Shown: positions 1 through 10,123 of the stretch, in pieces
Numbering within the stretch: the stretch's first letter is position 1
Layout: each line of letters begins with the position of its first letter
Assembly (NCBI GenBank): GCA_049889275.1
Contig: JBMHDS010000022.1
Location: forward strand, 197,437-261,436
Direction: 5' to 3'
Length of the DNA: 64,000 nt
Source of the DNA: Bradymonadia bacterium
Lineage (GTDB): Bacteria > Myxococcota_A > Bradymonadia > UBA7976 > UBA1532
Position numbers and translations under genes: made by a program
The notes under the pieces: model-generated
Seen by the model: the letters and a program-made list of their open reading frames with translations, nothing else
Databases searched by the model: none
What the model was told of the DNA's origin: nothing

Positions 1-40
1 GCTCATGTTGTTTGACTGAATGCAGAAGTCGCTGCGTTGA

Positions 41-2044
41 TTGGAAGGTCTAGAGGGTATGCTTGAAATCGAGCGAGAGCACAACCAAACGCCAGAATCG
101 TCAGAGCGAGCATCGGATGATGTACAGGTGTCTGCCAAGCGCACATATGATGACCGGTCGACCGTTAGCCTAATCAATGAACGAGCGGGTATATTGGCAT
201 CATGGTCGATCACCGCTGCCGGCATCGCGCGTGGGCGGTCACAGCAGCCGAGTCGCTTTGATTCACAGCTCGTATTACGTGCTTATATCGAGCACGAGAA
301 TGGAAGCAAGAGAGTACAAGACCAGCTGATCGACAGGTGGAATTCGAGTCGCCGCATCCCACTACCCAAGACCATCCGAAAGGTTGTGATCTCCATTGGT
401 ATGCGTTCGGCAGATGGCTTTAGTCACATCGTTCGATCGTCTCCACTCGTACGGCCTCGCGTCCGACACGGTAAGACTGAAGCCATCTTCGTGACACGCG
501 ATGATCGGGAAGGTGCGTTCGTTCGTGCTAAATCGGTATCGAGTAGCGACGCCGTTTTTCGTGCATCAAAGCGGGCTCTGAAGGGGGAACCATATACCAC
601 TTGGCACCCGCTACAGTCAGCGCGAGTGCCGACGATACCTCGTCATCAGCAGGGTGACTCGCTCGCCGGTGTCCTCAACCTCATTGTAAAAATGCGTCTC
701 GACTTTGAGTCTGCGCGCCGGATTGAGCGGGCGGCAGCTTATGTGGTCGATGTGGTTTTACCAACACTTGCGATGCTTCGGCGCACCGAAGAGAGCGACT
801 TGGACGCTCGGTTCAGCCTCGTGGTTGGACCGCGATTGCTCCTCTTTATGGCTTCTGCAGCAGGTCGTGCGGCTATCCGGGCTCGATTGGAGAGGCGGAC
901 TGAGTTCGAATCTTTGTTCTTAGCGCTTCAAGGAGATCTTGCAGGCGAACTTCGACGACTGCATACCGGTGGTCGAATTGAAGTGATCGGCTGTACATTC
1001 ACCAACTGCGTTTTACCGGAGCTGATGAGTGGCCGCGGTCTGATTTCTCTACAGTTGAAGAAAAGTTTGGCCGCCTACAATGACGTGTTGGGGTTTAGTC
1101 CCCATGGATTTATGTTGGCAGACCAAGGATATGAGACGGCGGTCGGGCCTCTTTTGTCGGAGCTTGGGGTTCAATATGTCGTCCTTGACTCAGAGACTGT
1201 TCTTCACGCCGATAGCAAGCCATACGGTGGTGTTCTAGCGCCCGTTCATCATGTCGGCACCCGTCTTTTGGTCGCTGGCGTCGATGAAGCGTTCATGCAT
1301 TGGTTTCCGTCCTCAGACCCGAGTCCTCATCTCGCTTATCGAGCAAAACGCGACGCGGCGCTTCTCGTCGGCGATGACCCGAAATGGTCGAATGCGACGG
1401 GCACATTGATCGACCGGTACGACGTCGATGTGGCTGCATCTGCTTTGACCAACCAGGCCTCAGACTGGTGGAGCACACAAGCGTCTCGGCTCAGAAGATC
1501 TGCTGGCAAGGCAGCTGTTCGTCTTTGCTCTACCGGTACGATCGATGCTGAAAGCCTGACCCGAGACTGGTTTGAAGGACTCGACTTTGTCCAAGAAATT
1601 GCCAAATTGAGTCACGCGAGTCTGGGCGTTAAGTTAGGTACGCTTTCCGGCTATCTTGAGGCGCAGCCGGCTTATCAGTCACTCGTCCCGAGCGGTCTTG
1701 TCCCTGAGCCAGACGAACCCGATTTGATGCAGGTCACGATACCTATGCTCGCAAAAGCGGTGAACGTTTATCATCGCATTTCCGAGCTTCACGAAGCGTG
1801 GGGGCTACCAGACCGGGTGCTAGTAGAGGCACAGCTCGCGATCCTATCGCTGAGCGAAGCGATCTCGATCGGCTCCGTAACTGCTGTTAGTTTTGCTCGT
1901 TCATGCGCTGAGTACATCGATCACCTGGTCCAAAGTCGACGGTTGACCGGGCGGCCTGATGCCGAGATTTTTGACCGAAACGCACTCGCTTTTTGGTCTG
2001 AATGCCTTGTTTCAGACGAAGAAACAAAATCATCGTCCGAATAG
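41..2044 (+). CDS. Large uncharacterised protein (667 aa) with no nucleotide-binding motif seen. The segment GFMLADQGYETAVGPLLSELGVQYVVLD weakly resembles the glycoside hydrolase family 57 / DUF1957 nucleophile region. May be 5' incomplete at the window edge.
   Basis: Long ORF; its stop (TAG 2042-2044) lies just before or overlaps the start of the UvrD-like gene; no TM segments seen; weak motif resemblance only. Confidence 0.45.
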   Translation: MEGLEGMLEIEREHNQTPESSERASDDVQVSAKRTYDDRSTVSLINERAGILASWSITAAGIARGRSQQPSRFDSQLVLRAYIEHENGSKRVQDQLIDRWNSSRRIPLPKTIRKVVISIGMRSADGFSHIVRSSPLVRPRVRHGKTEAIFVTRDDREGAFVRAKSVSSSDAVFRASKRALKGEPYTTWHPLQSARVPTIPRHQQGDSLAGVLNLIVKMRLDFESARRIERAAAYVVDVVLPTLAMLRRTEESDLDARFSLVVGPRLLLFMASAAGRAAIRARLERRTEFESLFLALQGDLAGELRRLHTGGRIEVIGCTFTNCVLPELMSGRGLISLQLKKSLAAYNDVLGFSPHGFMLADQGYETAVGPLLSELGVQYVVLDSETVLHADSKPYGGVLAPVHHVGTRLLVAGVDEAFMHWFPSSDPSPHLAYRAKRDAALLVGDDPKWSNATGTLIDRYDVDVAASALTNQASDWWSTQASRLRRSAGKAAVRLCSTGTIDAESLTRDWFEGLDFVQEIAKLSHASLGVKLGTLSGYLEAQPAYQSLVPSGLVPEPDEPDLMQVTIPMLAKAVNVYHRISELHEAWGLPDRVLVEAQLAILSLSEAISIGSVTAVSFARSCAEYIDHLVQSRRLTGRPDAEIFDRNALAFWSECLVSDEETKSSSE

Positions 2045-3953
2045 ACCCGTGGCGAGTCTTGATCAGCAACAGCACGCAGTTGTGCATGCGCCATTGCAGC
2101 CGCTGCTCGTCGTGGCGGGTGCAGGAACCGGTAAGACGCGGACCCTGACCCACCGGGTCGCTCATTGGCTTAATCAAGATCTAGACGCCAACCGAACGAT
2201 GCTCGTCACTTTTACTCAGCGTGCAGCGAGCGAGATGAAACAACGCTTGGCTCAACTGACCCATGGCCGAAGTCTACCGTGGGTTGGTACATTTCATCAC
2301 TTGGCGGGACGTATTCTCAGGGACTATGCCAGTCAGATTGGCTACGGCGCGGATTTTCAAGTCGCTGACCGTGCCCGTTGTTATCGGATGATGAGGACTA
2401 TGCTGGGTTCGGCACCCGAGCTGTCTGAGCTGTTTACTCCCGAAAAACTGATTCAGCTCTACAGTTATACCGTCAATGCTGACCGTCCTCTGTCCGCTGC
2501 TTTATCCAAGTTTGCTCAAGGTGCCCTCGTCCATCTCGACGCGCTCGATTCATTTTTTGTCGATTATCTCGTGATGAAAATCGAGAGCAATTACATGGAT
2601 TTTGACGACTTATTGCTCTACTTACACCAGCTACTCGCTGATGACTCAGCTGTGGCTGATGAGATTAGAGGTCGTTTTGACGCATGTTTTGTCGATGAAT
2701 ACCAGGATGTAAATACGCTTCAGGTTTCGATCATCGACCGGCTCGTTAGCTCGCATAGGAGGCTGACCGTCGTTGGTGATGACCGACAGTCAATCTATGG
2801 TTTCCGAGGTTCAGACGTTCGTGCACTCATCAACTTTGAGTCTAGATATCCTGACGCGCGTGTGCTCGGTCTCAGTTGTAATTATCGATGTACGCCCGAG
2901 ATCGTTGATGTGGCCAACGCCTCGATTTCTGTCAATCAGAATCAGCGCCATCAGGTGCTTCGATCAGCCCGAAAGTCCGGACCAAGACCTGAGTTACACA
3001 CGTTTGATACAAGCTCTGAACAGGCAGCTTATGTCACAGCTCAGATTAAACGATTAAACGAACACGGTGTTCCATGGTCTGAGCAGGCGGTGCTCTACCG
3101 TACTCATGCGCAATCGCGCTCGATTGAGCTCGCCTTGCAAGAAGCGGGGATACCGTACGTGATCAGGAGTGGGCGCCGCCTTTTTGAAAAACCTCACATT
3201 CGGCCACTTTTTGATCTTTTAGCACTGTTTAACGATGGTGGTTCACCATCGCTTTGGACGTCATCATTGTCTCTGTTTCCCGGCGTAGGCCCCGTGGCCA
3301 TAAATGAGATGCAGCGAATGATTAAGCATCACGGTTCTTTTAATGAGTATCTGAATTCAGCGAGCAGCGGGGTACAAACACCAGCTCGATTAAGAGACTC
3401 GATAGACAGCGCGCATAGGCAACTAAAGTCTCTGAGCGCGATGTTCTCGGTTTCGCTGGTGGAAGCGCTTGAGCACGTGGTCGCTGAGGTCGCCGGGCCT
3501 TGGCTGTATCGTGCTTATTCCGATGCCGACCAACGGGTGCGTGACCTGCAAGCGTGCATTGATTTCGCCAACCGGTTTGACTCCTTGGCTGAGTTGGTTG
3601 AGTCGGCCGCTCTGCACACAGACGATGTCGACTCAGATGATGGTGTCGTGCTAACCACCATTCACCGAGCAAAGGGACTCGAGTGGGCGAGTGTCTTCAT
3701 CGTTGGTTTGAGCGAGGGTGTTTTCCCCTTGGCTCGTTATGATGACACGACTGAACTCGGAGAAGAGCGGAGGCTGTTTTATGTTGCAATCACCCGCGCT
3801 CAACGTTGGCTCTATCTCTGTCATGCATGGCAAGATGAAATGAGGGGAACGCTTCGGTCACCGAGTCGGTTTTTAGATGAAATTGATCGGCCGATAGAGA
3901 CGGCCGAACCTGGTGCCCGTTTGGTGAATCGGTCGGAGAATGTAAGACCATGA
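1959..3953 (+). CDS. UvrD/PcrA/Rep-family SF1 DNA helicase.
   Basis: Walker A VVAGAGTGKTRTL; helicase motif II VDEYQDVN; motifs LSCNYRCTPEIVDVANA, TIHRAKGLEWASVFIVGL and RRLFYVAITRAQRWLYL are typical of UvrD. The start is either ATG 1959 (86-nt overlap with the upstream ORF) or GTG about 2049 right after the upstream stop. Confidence 0.9.
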   Translation: MPRFLTETHSLFGLNALFQTKKQNHRPNRPVASLDQQQHAVVHAPLQPLLVVAGAGTGKTRTLTHRVAHWLNQDLDANRTMLVTFTQRAASEMKQRLAQLTHGRSLPWVGTFHHLAGRILRDYASQIGYGADFQVADRARCYRMMRTMLGSAPELSELFTPEKLIQLYSYTVNADRPLSAALSKFAQGALVHLDALDSFFVDYLVMKIESNYMDFDDLLLYLHQLLADDSAVADEIRGRFDACFVDEYQDVNTLQVSIIDRLVSSHRRLTVVGDDRQSIYGFRGSDVRALINFESRYPDARVLGLSCNYRCTPEIVDVANASISVNQNQRHQVLRSARKSGPRPELHTFDTSSEQAAYVTAQIKRLNEHGVPWSEQAVLYRTHAQSRSIELALQEAGIPYVIRSGRRLFEKPHIRPLFDLLALFNDGGSPSLWTSSLSLFPGVGPVAINEMQRMIKHHGSFNEYLNSASSGVQTPARLRDSIDSAHRQLKSLSAMFSVSLVEALEHVVAEVAGPWLYRAYSDADQRVRDLQACIDFANRFDSLAELVESAALHTDDVDSDDGVVLTTIHRAKGLEWASVFIVGLSEGVFPLARYDDTTELGEERRLFYVAITRAQRWLYLCHAWQDEMRGTLRSPSRFLDEIDRPIETAEPGARLVNRSENVRP

Positions 3954-4732
3954 AATGGAAATCACTGATATCGAACAGCATGTGGTTCCTCGTTGCGCTC
4001 GTCTCTATCTCCTCGGCGCAAGGCTCAGAGGCGCCGCCTGTCCAATATACATTGGGGGGCCAGCTCATCTTCTGGATCGGCGCTATGGCGCTCATGTTGT
4101 TTATGGGCCGCTTTATGTTCAGGGAACAACTCAACGAACGCCGTACCTTATCCCGATTGATAAAGGAGATCGGCCCCTTTTACCCAGAGTTTGATATCGA
4201 TAACCTTAAGCGTTGGGTGAATCTATGCGCGCCACACATCTGGGCTGGATTTGAGACATCCGATTGGTCGAAAATCGAAGATTTCGTCACAACCGACTTT
4301 ATTGAGGATGCAAAGAAACAAGCGCACACACTGCAAGAGCAGCATCTGACTTTGAAAAGCAAATTTGTCTCGATCTTGAAAGTTCACCCATTAGGGGTCT
4401 ACATGGTGGGTGATGGTCCCGCTCCCCGTAATGTGGAGTTAATGTTGAGGCTTGAACAAAAGGCGATGTTTCATCTCACCGATGCCCGCGGCAAGACCAA
4501 GCGGGGACGCGGTGATGTAGACCAAGTGCAACATTTTTGGACTTTATTGCATGATGGTCATCGGTTCCGTCTGAACCGTGTTTGGCTCGCAGAAGAAGAC
4601 GTGACCGACTTGAATCAACGGCCCGCTCCCCCTGTTGTCACAGATTGGAAGCGACCAGTAGACGATGTTGAAGATCCCGCCGATGCGGACCGAGTCGATG
4701 GAAATTCAGTCCCAGAAGGAGATGAATTATGA
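3950..4732 (+). CDS. Hypothetical membrane-anchored protein, possibly Tim44-like (NTF2 fold).
   Basis: N-terminal signal/TM segment (WFLVALVSISSAQG, FWIGAMALMLFMG) followed by a soluble domain; ATG overlaps the UvrD stop (ATGA-type coupling). Confidence 0.45.
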   Translation: MKWKSLISNSMWFLVALVSISSAQGSEAPPVQYTLGGQLIFWIGAMALMLFMGRFMFREQLNERRTLSRLIKEIGPFYPEFDIDNLKRWVNLCAPHIWAGFETSDWSKIEDFVTTDFIEDAKKQAHTLQEQHLTLKSKFVSILKVHPLGVYMVGDGPAPRNVELMLRLEQKAMFHLTDARGKTKRGRGDVDQVQHFWTLLHDGHRFRLNRVWLAEEDVTDLNQRPAPPVVTDWKRPVDDVEDPADADRVDGNSVPEGDEL

Positions 4733-5532
4733 AACGTTTGCCCATTTATATCCTCGTCCTAGCTGCTGGTTTTGCATGCGACTCTGACACGAGTGGTGGT
4801 GCAGGTATGGATGGCATGACGAGCGACGACGGTGGAATGGCGACGATGATGGACGCCGCTGTGATCGATCAACGCAGTTATCTCCCTGTCACCGACAACG
4901 CGAGCTGGCTCTATGCCCGTGATGGTCACTCGGGTGACGGACCCGCAGCGACCACCGTTGTTAGGCGTGGTGAGCGCGAGAATGAGTGGGTCAGGGAGAC
5001 CACAACGACCTTCGAGCTAGAGATTGACGGCACACTAGAAAGTATACGTCAGGTTTTCTCGGAGACCATGATCATCGAGCCACCGATGCAAGATGTCGGA
5101 CCGGTCATCAAGATTAGAAAGATTGAAATCGACGAGTCTCGTGCATCCGATAACAGCCCCATACAGCGAACCGAACGTGTCTACCTGCCACCCTACACGC
5201 TGATGGCCGATGCCTGGCGGGTCGGGCTATTCGCAACGAATACCGCGAACGATCACAGCATCACTGAGACCATTACTCGTGCGGGTGAAGACGAACCCAA
5301 TGTGAGGCAGGCATCCGTCGAGGTCAAGGTGGTGAGCGCCACGACGAGTGAGGTCTTGCTTCTAAATGGGCAATATCGTGAAAATGTCCGCAAGGTTGAG
5401 GTCTCCGATAGCTTCCTCGGCACCAAGAATCGCACCTATTGGTTCGAACAGGGGGTTGGCCCTGTCCAATGGCAGTTTCAATTCACCAACAACGGCGTAT
5501 ACACGCTCTTAGAGACCACCATCGAAGATTGA
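4729..5532 (+). CDS. Hypothetical lipoprotein.
   Basis: Signal peptide with lipobox LAAGFAC; 4-nt overlap with the upstream gene. Confidence 0.5.
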   Translation: MKRLPIYILVLAAGFACDSDTSGGAGMDGMTSDDGGMATMMDAAVIDQRSYLPVTDNASWLYARDGHSGDGPAATTVVRRGERENEWVRETTTTFELEIDGTLESIRQVFSETMIIEPPMQDVGPVIKIRKIEIDESRASDNSPIQRTERVYLPPYTLMADAWRVGLFATNTANDHSITETITRAGEDEPNVRQASVEVKVVSATTSEVLLLNGQYRENVRKVEVSDSFLGTKNRTYWFEQGVGPVQWQFQFTNNGVYTLLETTIED

Positions 5533-6585
5533 GCTGCGTGCTTCTCTTGAACGCTTGAGTTTTGCGTCGAAGAATATGATGGCATCGAGTGCGATATCCA
5601 CAACGCCACGCATGAATTGAAAGTCGAGGTGCTCGGTCGTATCGGTTTGGCTGTGGTAGTGGGGTGTTCTGAAGTCAGCGGTGTCGGTCAGCATGACCGC
5701 GCTGATGCCAACATCCCAAAATGATGCATGGTCACTACGCCGAGAATCAGGAAAATCAATGCCCGCACGTAGGACAGGCACCGCGTGGATATCTGGGCGT
5801 CCTGGCCCGGTCGCCATGGCGACTGATGCGAGTAGGCGGCTGTCTCCAATATCTCCAACTGCTGCAATAAATTGGCCATCGGCCCTGCGCATCCATCCAG
5901 GTACCGTACCTGGCCACATCTGACACCCAGGTTTATGGCAGGTTGCGCCGATCATCTCGAGCACGAGCGCGCCGACGACATTTTGTCTACGATCTGGATT
6001 CATCAGATACGCACGTGAGCCAGCCCTGCCACGTTCCTCTCCATCGAAAAACACAAACCGTAGATGTGCATCGAAGCGTCGTTGACGTGCAATGCAGGCT
6101 AACTCGATCAATCCTGCAACGCCGGAGGCATTATCATCGGCGCCAGGGGTTCCGTGTACTGTATCGTAGTGCGCACCGACGATGATTGTGTCCGCAGTGT
6201 GCGAATCTGCTTTGTGGCTGACCTCGACATTGATCCCACCGGAGAAACCGCGTTGAATTGGGTCGTAACCACATTTGATCAGCTGATGGCTAATGTAGCC
6301 CCTGGCTTGCTTGAGTTCAGCTGGCGTAAAGCGTTGATGAGACAGCGCTTGGACGTGTTGCTTAAGTCGATCGGCATTGGCTACGACCTCGGTCCCGAGT
6401 TTCGGCTGCTGCTCTAAAGACTCGAATATGGCTTTAACTTTTGCCATTTCAGCGCCCTTAATGGCCAACTCATTGCGATGTTCGAAGTATTGATGCCAAC
6501 CGATCGCGACACCGATGAGCCAAGCAACGCTCAACGACCACCAATGACTTGACTTGAGTTTGTTCAAGTTTTTGTCTACTCCCAT
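5509..6585 (-). CDS. M28-family zinc aminopeptidase, membrane-anchored.
   Basis: Hallmark M28 motifs HYDTVHGTPGADDNASGVAGLIELA and FVFFDGEERGRAGSRAY; N-terminal TM anchor. Confidence 0.85.
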   Translation of the reverse strand: MGVDKNLNKLKSSHWWSLSVAWLIGVAIGWHQYFEHRNELAIKGAEMAKVKAIFESLEQQPKLGTEVVANADRLKQHVQALSHQRFTPAELKQARGYISHQLIKCGYDPIQRGFSGGINVEVSHKADSHTADTIIVGAHYDTVHGTPGADDNASGVAGLIELACIARQRRFDAHLRFVFFDGEERGRAGSRAYLMNPDRRQNVVGALVLEMIGATCHKPGCQMWPGTVPGWMRRADGQFIAAVGDIGDSRLLASVAMATGPGRPDIHAVPVLRAGIDFPDSRRSDHASFWDVGISAVMLTDTADFRTPHYHSQTDTTEHLDFQFMRGVVDIALDAIIFFDAKLKRSREARSSIFDGGL

Positions 6586-6718
6586 TCAGTACAGGGCTCG
6601 GATTCTCATGCAACATCCGCTGGGCGTCGATGCTCTTAACATGGAAACGAGAATAATTCGCTTTTCGGACGCCATCCGTATAGAAAATGAATAAGAAAGT
6701 GATCTGGGGACGGACGAG

Positions 6719-9052
6719 ATGATCAATACAATCTCAGGCATGCCAACCATTATTAGTTTTGCCTTACTACTCATGTGCGCGGGCGCTGCCTTTGTTATGG
6801 CAATTCGCATGCGGTTTGGGCAGCTCATGCTCGGCAAGCGACCAGAAATTCGTTGGAATGAGTTTCCTGCGCGTGTGCGCAACGTTTTTGTGTACGTGAT
6901 CGGACAGTGGCGACTACCGCGTAACGGCTATCTCTATAGCGGTATTTTACACATGTTCATCTTTGGCGCTTTCATGGTGTTGAGCGTGGACACCGTCAAC
7001 TTTGTCACCGACGGTGTTCTTCAGACGCTCGCGGCGTTCGGCATGATCGAGCACACGACAACATTTCACTTACCCTTCAGTGGGGCGCACGAGCTCGGTG
7101 GCGCTTATCAAGCGTTGGCAGACACTTTCAGATTTCTGTGCATTATTGGTTTGACCATGGCGTTTGTGAACAGGACGGTCATCAAACCTGAACGTTTACC
7201 ACTGACCCGTGACGCGATGTACACCATCTTCTTCATCCTGGGATTGATGGTGTTCGAAGTGGCTCAACAAGGTTTTAGTATCGCTCACAGCGGCGCGAAG
7301 GATGTCGGCCACATTTGGTTTAGCTCCATCTTTGCCTCGGCTGTCTCTGGGGCAGACCCAGCGACGACATCAATGGGGTATCAGGTCGCTTGGTGGTGTC
7401 ATCTCGTGACGCTTCTCGCATTTACCAACTACGTGCCTTGGAGCAAGCACAGCCACGTGTTTGCAGCGCCTTTGAACATCTTTTTCATGTCCCTTGAGGC
7501 AAAAGGCGCCATCCGGAAGATGGATCTCGGGCTCACTGAAGATAACTCGACAGTAGAAGAGTTTACCGTGCCTGAAGGTGAAGGTGACGTCACGTTCGTG
7601 CTGAAGAATCCAGCTGAAGACGGCGGTGTCACGCTCTTTCTCGGTAAAAAGAAGTTCCGCAAGTTTTCTTTCGACGCTGCGCAGAACGCGGTTGTGATCC
7701 CCGAGGCCAAAAGGCCAGAGGCGGGTGAGACGATTCGTGCTGAGTATGAGCCGCCTTCGCCTGAATATTTTGGGGCGCGAAATTTAGATGATTTGAGTTG
7801 GAAGCAGCTCTTCGACGGGTTGAGCTGTACCGAATGCGGGCGTTGTACCGACAACTGCCCGGCGTCTCGGAGCGACAAGCCTTTGAAGCCGATGGATATC
7901 ATCGTCGACATCAAGCATCACATGGAAGATCGATTTAAGCGACGGGGTGAGGAGCTTGACCTCGAGGGCGATGAATCGTTGCTTCTACCTGGTGGCGTCA
8001 TCGACCCTGATGTTCTCTGGTCATGTACGACGTGTCGTGCGTGTATGGAGGTGTGTCCTGTTGGCAATGAGCACATCCCTGACATTATCGACATGCGCCG
8101 CTATCTCACCATGAGTTTGGGCGAGGTTGGTCACGGCAGCCAAAAGGCACTCAAGGCGATGGAGAGTCGCGCGAACCCTTGGGGTATGCCCACTCGCGAA
8201 CGCGCAGCTTGGGCGGCTGATGTGCCTGAGGCAAAGCTCTGGGATCCAGAACAACCAAGTGAATATTTATACTGGGTTGGTTGCGCGGGCTCTTACGATG
8301 ACCGCGCGAAGAAGGTGACCAAATCTGTCACGAAGTTGATGGCGAAGGCGGGTGTTGACTTTGCGATTCTCGGAAATGACGAGAAATGCACAGGTGATTC
8401 CGCGCGTCGTCTAGGAGACGAATACCTGTTCCAGAATATGGCGATGGAGAACGTTGAGAACTTGAACGCGAATGGCGTCAAGAAGATCGTGACACATTGT
8501 CCTCACTGTCTGAATACCCTCAAGAATGAATACGCTCAGTTCGGCGGCAATTATGAAGTGATTCATCACAGTGAGCTGCTCTCAAAGTTGGTCTCAGAGG
8601 GTAAACTTGTTCCGAAAGCGCAAAAAGAGCAATCCGAGAAGGTGGTCTACCACGACTCCTGTTACCTCGGTCGCTACAACGAGATTTATGATCCACAGCG
8701 CGACATCATCGATGCATTACCAGACGTTGAGCGCGTGGAGACGAAGCGTAACAAGCAAATCGGTCTCTGCTGCGGTGCCGGCGGTGGGCAAATGTGGATG
8801 GAAATGAATATCGGGCAACGCATGAACAATGTGCGTACGGAAGAATTACTCGAGACGGAACCAAAGGTGATCGCCGTTGCTTGTAATTTCTGTATGACCA
8901 TGATCGATGATGGTGTGAAGGCCAAAGACAAGGCCGACGATGTTCAGGTGCTCGACCTCGCGGAGCTTCTTGCGCAGCGTGTCTTAGACGAAGATATCGA
9001 CGCAGCCCCCGTGTCCGAAGAGGCAGCCACCGCAGATGAACCGACGACCTAG
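6719..9052 (+). CDS. Fused membrane cytochrome-b-like (NarI/DsrM/HdrE-type) domain plus a ferredoxin and CCG-domain iron-sulfur oxidoreductase (DsrK/HdrD/GlpC-like).
   Basis: N-terminal ~250 aa with multiple TM helices and conserved His residues; 2x[4Fe-4S] motifs CTECGRCTDNCP and CTTCRACMEVCP; two Cys-rich CCG-type domains (CPHC..., CCGAGGG). Confidence 0.75.
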   Translation: MINTISGMPTIISFALLLMCAGAAFVMAIRMRFGQLMLGKRPEIRWNEFPARVRNVFVYVIGQWRLPRNGYLYSGILHMFIFGAFMVLSVDTVNFVTDGVLQTLAAFGMIEHTTTFHLPFSGAHELGGAYQALADTFRFLCIIGLTMAFVNRTVIKPERLPLTRDAMYTIFFILGLMVFEVAQQGFSIAHSGAKDVGHIWFSSIFASAVSGADPATTSMGYQVAWWCHLVTLLAFTNYVPWSKHSHVFAAPLNIFFMSLEAKGAIRKMDLGLTEDNSTVEEFTVPEGEGDVTFVLKNPAEDGGVTLFLGKKKFRKFSFDAAQNAVVIPEAKRPEAGETIRAEYEPPSPEYFGARNLDDLSWKQLFDGLSCTECGRCTDNCPASRSDKPLKPMDIIVDIKHHMEDRFKRRGEELDLEGDESLLLPGGVIDPDVLWSCTTCRACMEVCPVGNEHIPDIIDMRRYLTMSLGEVGHGSQKALKAMESRANPWGMPTRERAAWAADVPEAKLWDPEQPSEYLYWVGCAGSYDDRAKKVTKSVTKLMAKAGVDFAILGNDEKCTGDSARRLGDEYLFQNMAMENVENLNANGVKKIVTHCPHCLNTLKNEYAQFGGNYEVIHHSELLSKLVSEGKLVPKAQKEQSEKVVYHDSCYLGRYNEIYDPQRDIIDALPDVERVETKRNKQIGLCCGAGGGQMWMEMNIGQRMNNVRTEELLETEPKVIAVACNFCMTMIDDGVKAKDKADDVQVLDLAELLAQRVLDEDIDAAPVSEEAATADEPTT

Positions 9053-9055
9053 TCG

Positions 9056-10123
9056 GTGACTATGTCCGGCGAATTTGGCGATTGTCGGCAAGGGTCAGCG
9101 CGATGTCCACTGCTCACCTCAGGTCTCACTGGGTTGGGAGGGCGGCTTACCAGCGAACCAGCAGATTTTCAGGTCGATGAGGTCCCAGCGTATAGCGCGT
9201 CAGGGCACGGAGACCATTTTCTAGTCAAGATTCGTAAGATAGGCTTGACCACTCAAGAGGGGATTCAACTCTTAGCGCGAGCGTCCGATTGCTCTCCGAG
9301 GGACATCGGTTTCGCTGGTCGAAAGGACAAGTGTGCCATCACGACACAGTGGCTTTCAACGCCGGTGAGTCCGAAGGCGCCAGACCACGAAGCCGTCGAG
9401 ATACTCGAGGTTCACCCGCACAATCACAAGCTTAAGATTGGCCATTTGAGAGCGAATCGTTTCCGCATTCGGCTCGTTGACCTCGTAGACGATGCGAACG
9501 CCCATTTACCTGCCCTACTCGAGCGCCTATCCGATGGCTTTCCAAATTATTATGGTGACCAACGATTCGGCCGGCACCTCGATAGCGTCGACTTTAATCT
9601 GAACTTGGTTAAGCGTGGGCGCCGTAAGCGTAATGAACTCAGGTTTTCAGCCAGCATCGTTCAGAGCGCCATGTTCAACCTGTGGCTTGGGCGCAGGGTG
9701 ACCGACCAGCTTCTCGATCGGGCGCTCGACGGTGACATTTTGAAAAAGTCGGATACCGGCGGACTCTTTAATGTAGAGGACCCACCAGCCGAACAGCTTC
9801 GAATCGATGATCTACTCGTAGACCCGACGGGCCCAATTTACGGACCTAAGATGCGCTCTGCTCTGCGTGTTGCGGGTCAGCGAGAATCAGAGTTGGCCAG
9901 GGGGTTTCCACTTGGCCCCAGCGATTGGACCCGCCTCGGCCGACTCGGCGCAGGGAGTCGACGCGTTGCGCGGATTCGGCCCGCGGATTGTAGGTTTGAG
10001 ATCAAAGATCATGCTCTCGTGGCATCATTCACTTTGCCACCGGGTGTCTATGCGACTGTTTTTCTGCAAGAGCTCACGCAGTCGGGAGACGCGCTTATTC
10101 GTGGTCGACATATGCAACAGTGA
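9056..10123 (+). CDS. truD: tRNA pseudouridine(13) synthase TruD.
   Basis: TruD catalytic motif FAGRKDKCAITTQW and overall length/organisation. Confidence 0.75.
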   Translation: MTMSGEFGDCRQGSARCPLLTSGLTGLGGRLTSEPADFQVDEVPAYSASGHGDHFLVKIRKIGLTTQEGIQLLARASDCSPRDIGFAGRKDKCAITTQWLSTPVSPKAPDHEAVEILEVHPHNHKLKIGHLRANRFRIRLVDLVDDANAHLPALLERLSDGFPNYYGDQRFGRHLDSVDFNLNLVKRGRRKRNELRFSASIVQSAMFNLWLGRRVTDQLLDRALDGDILKKSDTGGLFNVEDPPAEQLRIDDLLVDPTGPIYGPKMRSALRVAGQRESELARGFPLGPSDWTRLGRLGAGSRRVARIRPADCRFEIKDHALVASFTLPPGVYATVFLQELTQSGDALIRGRHMQQ

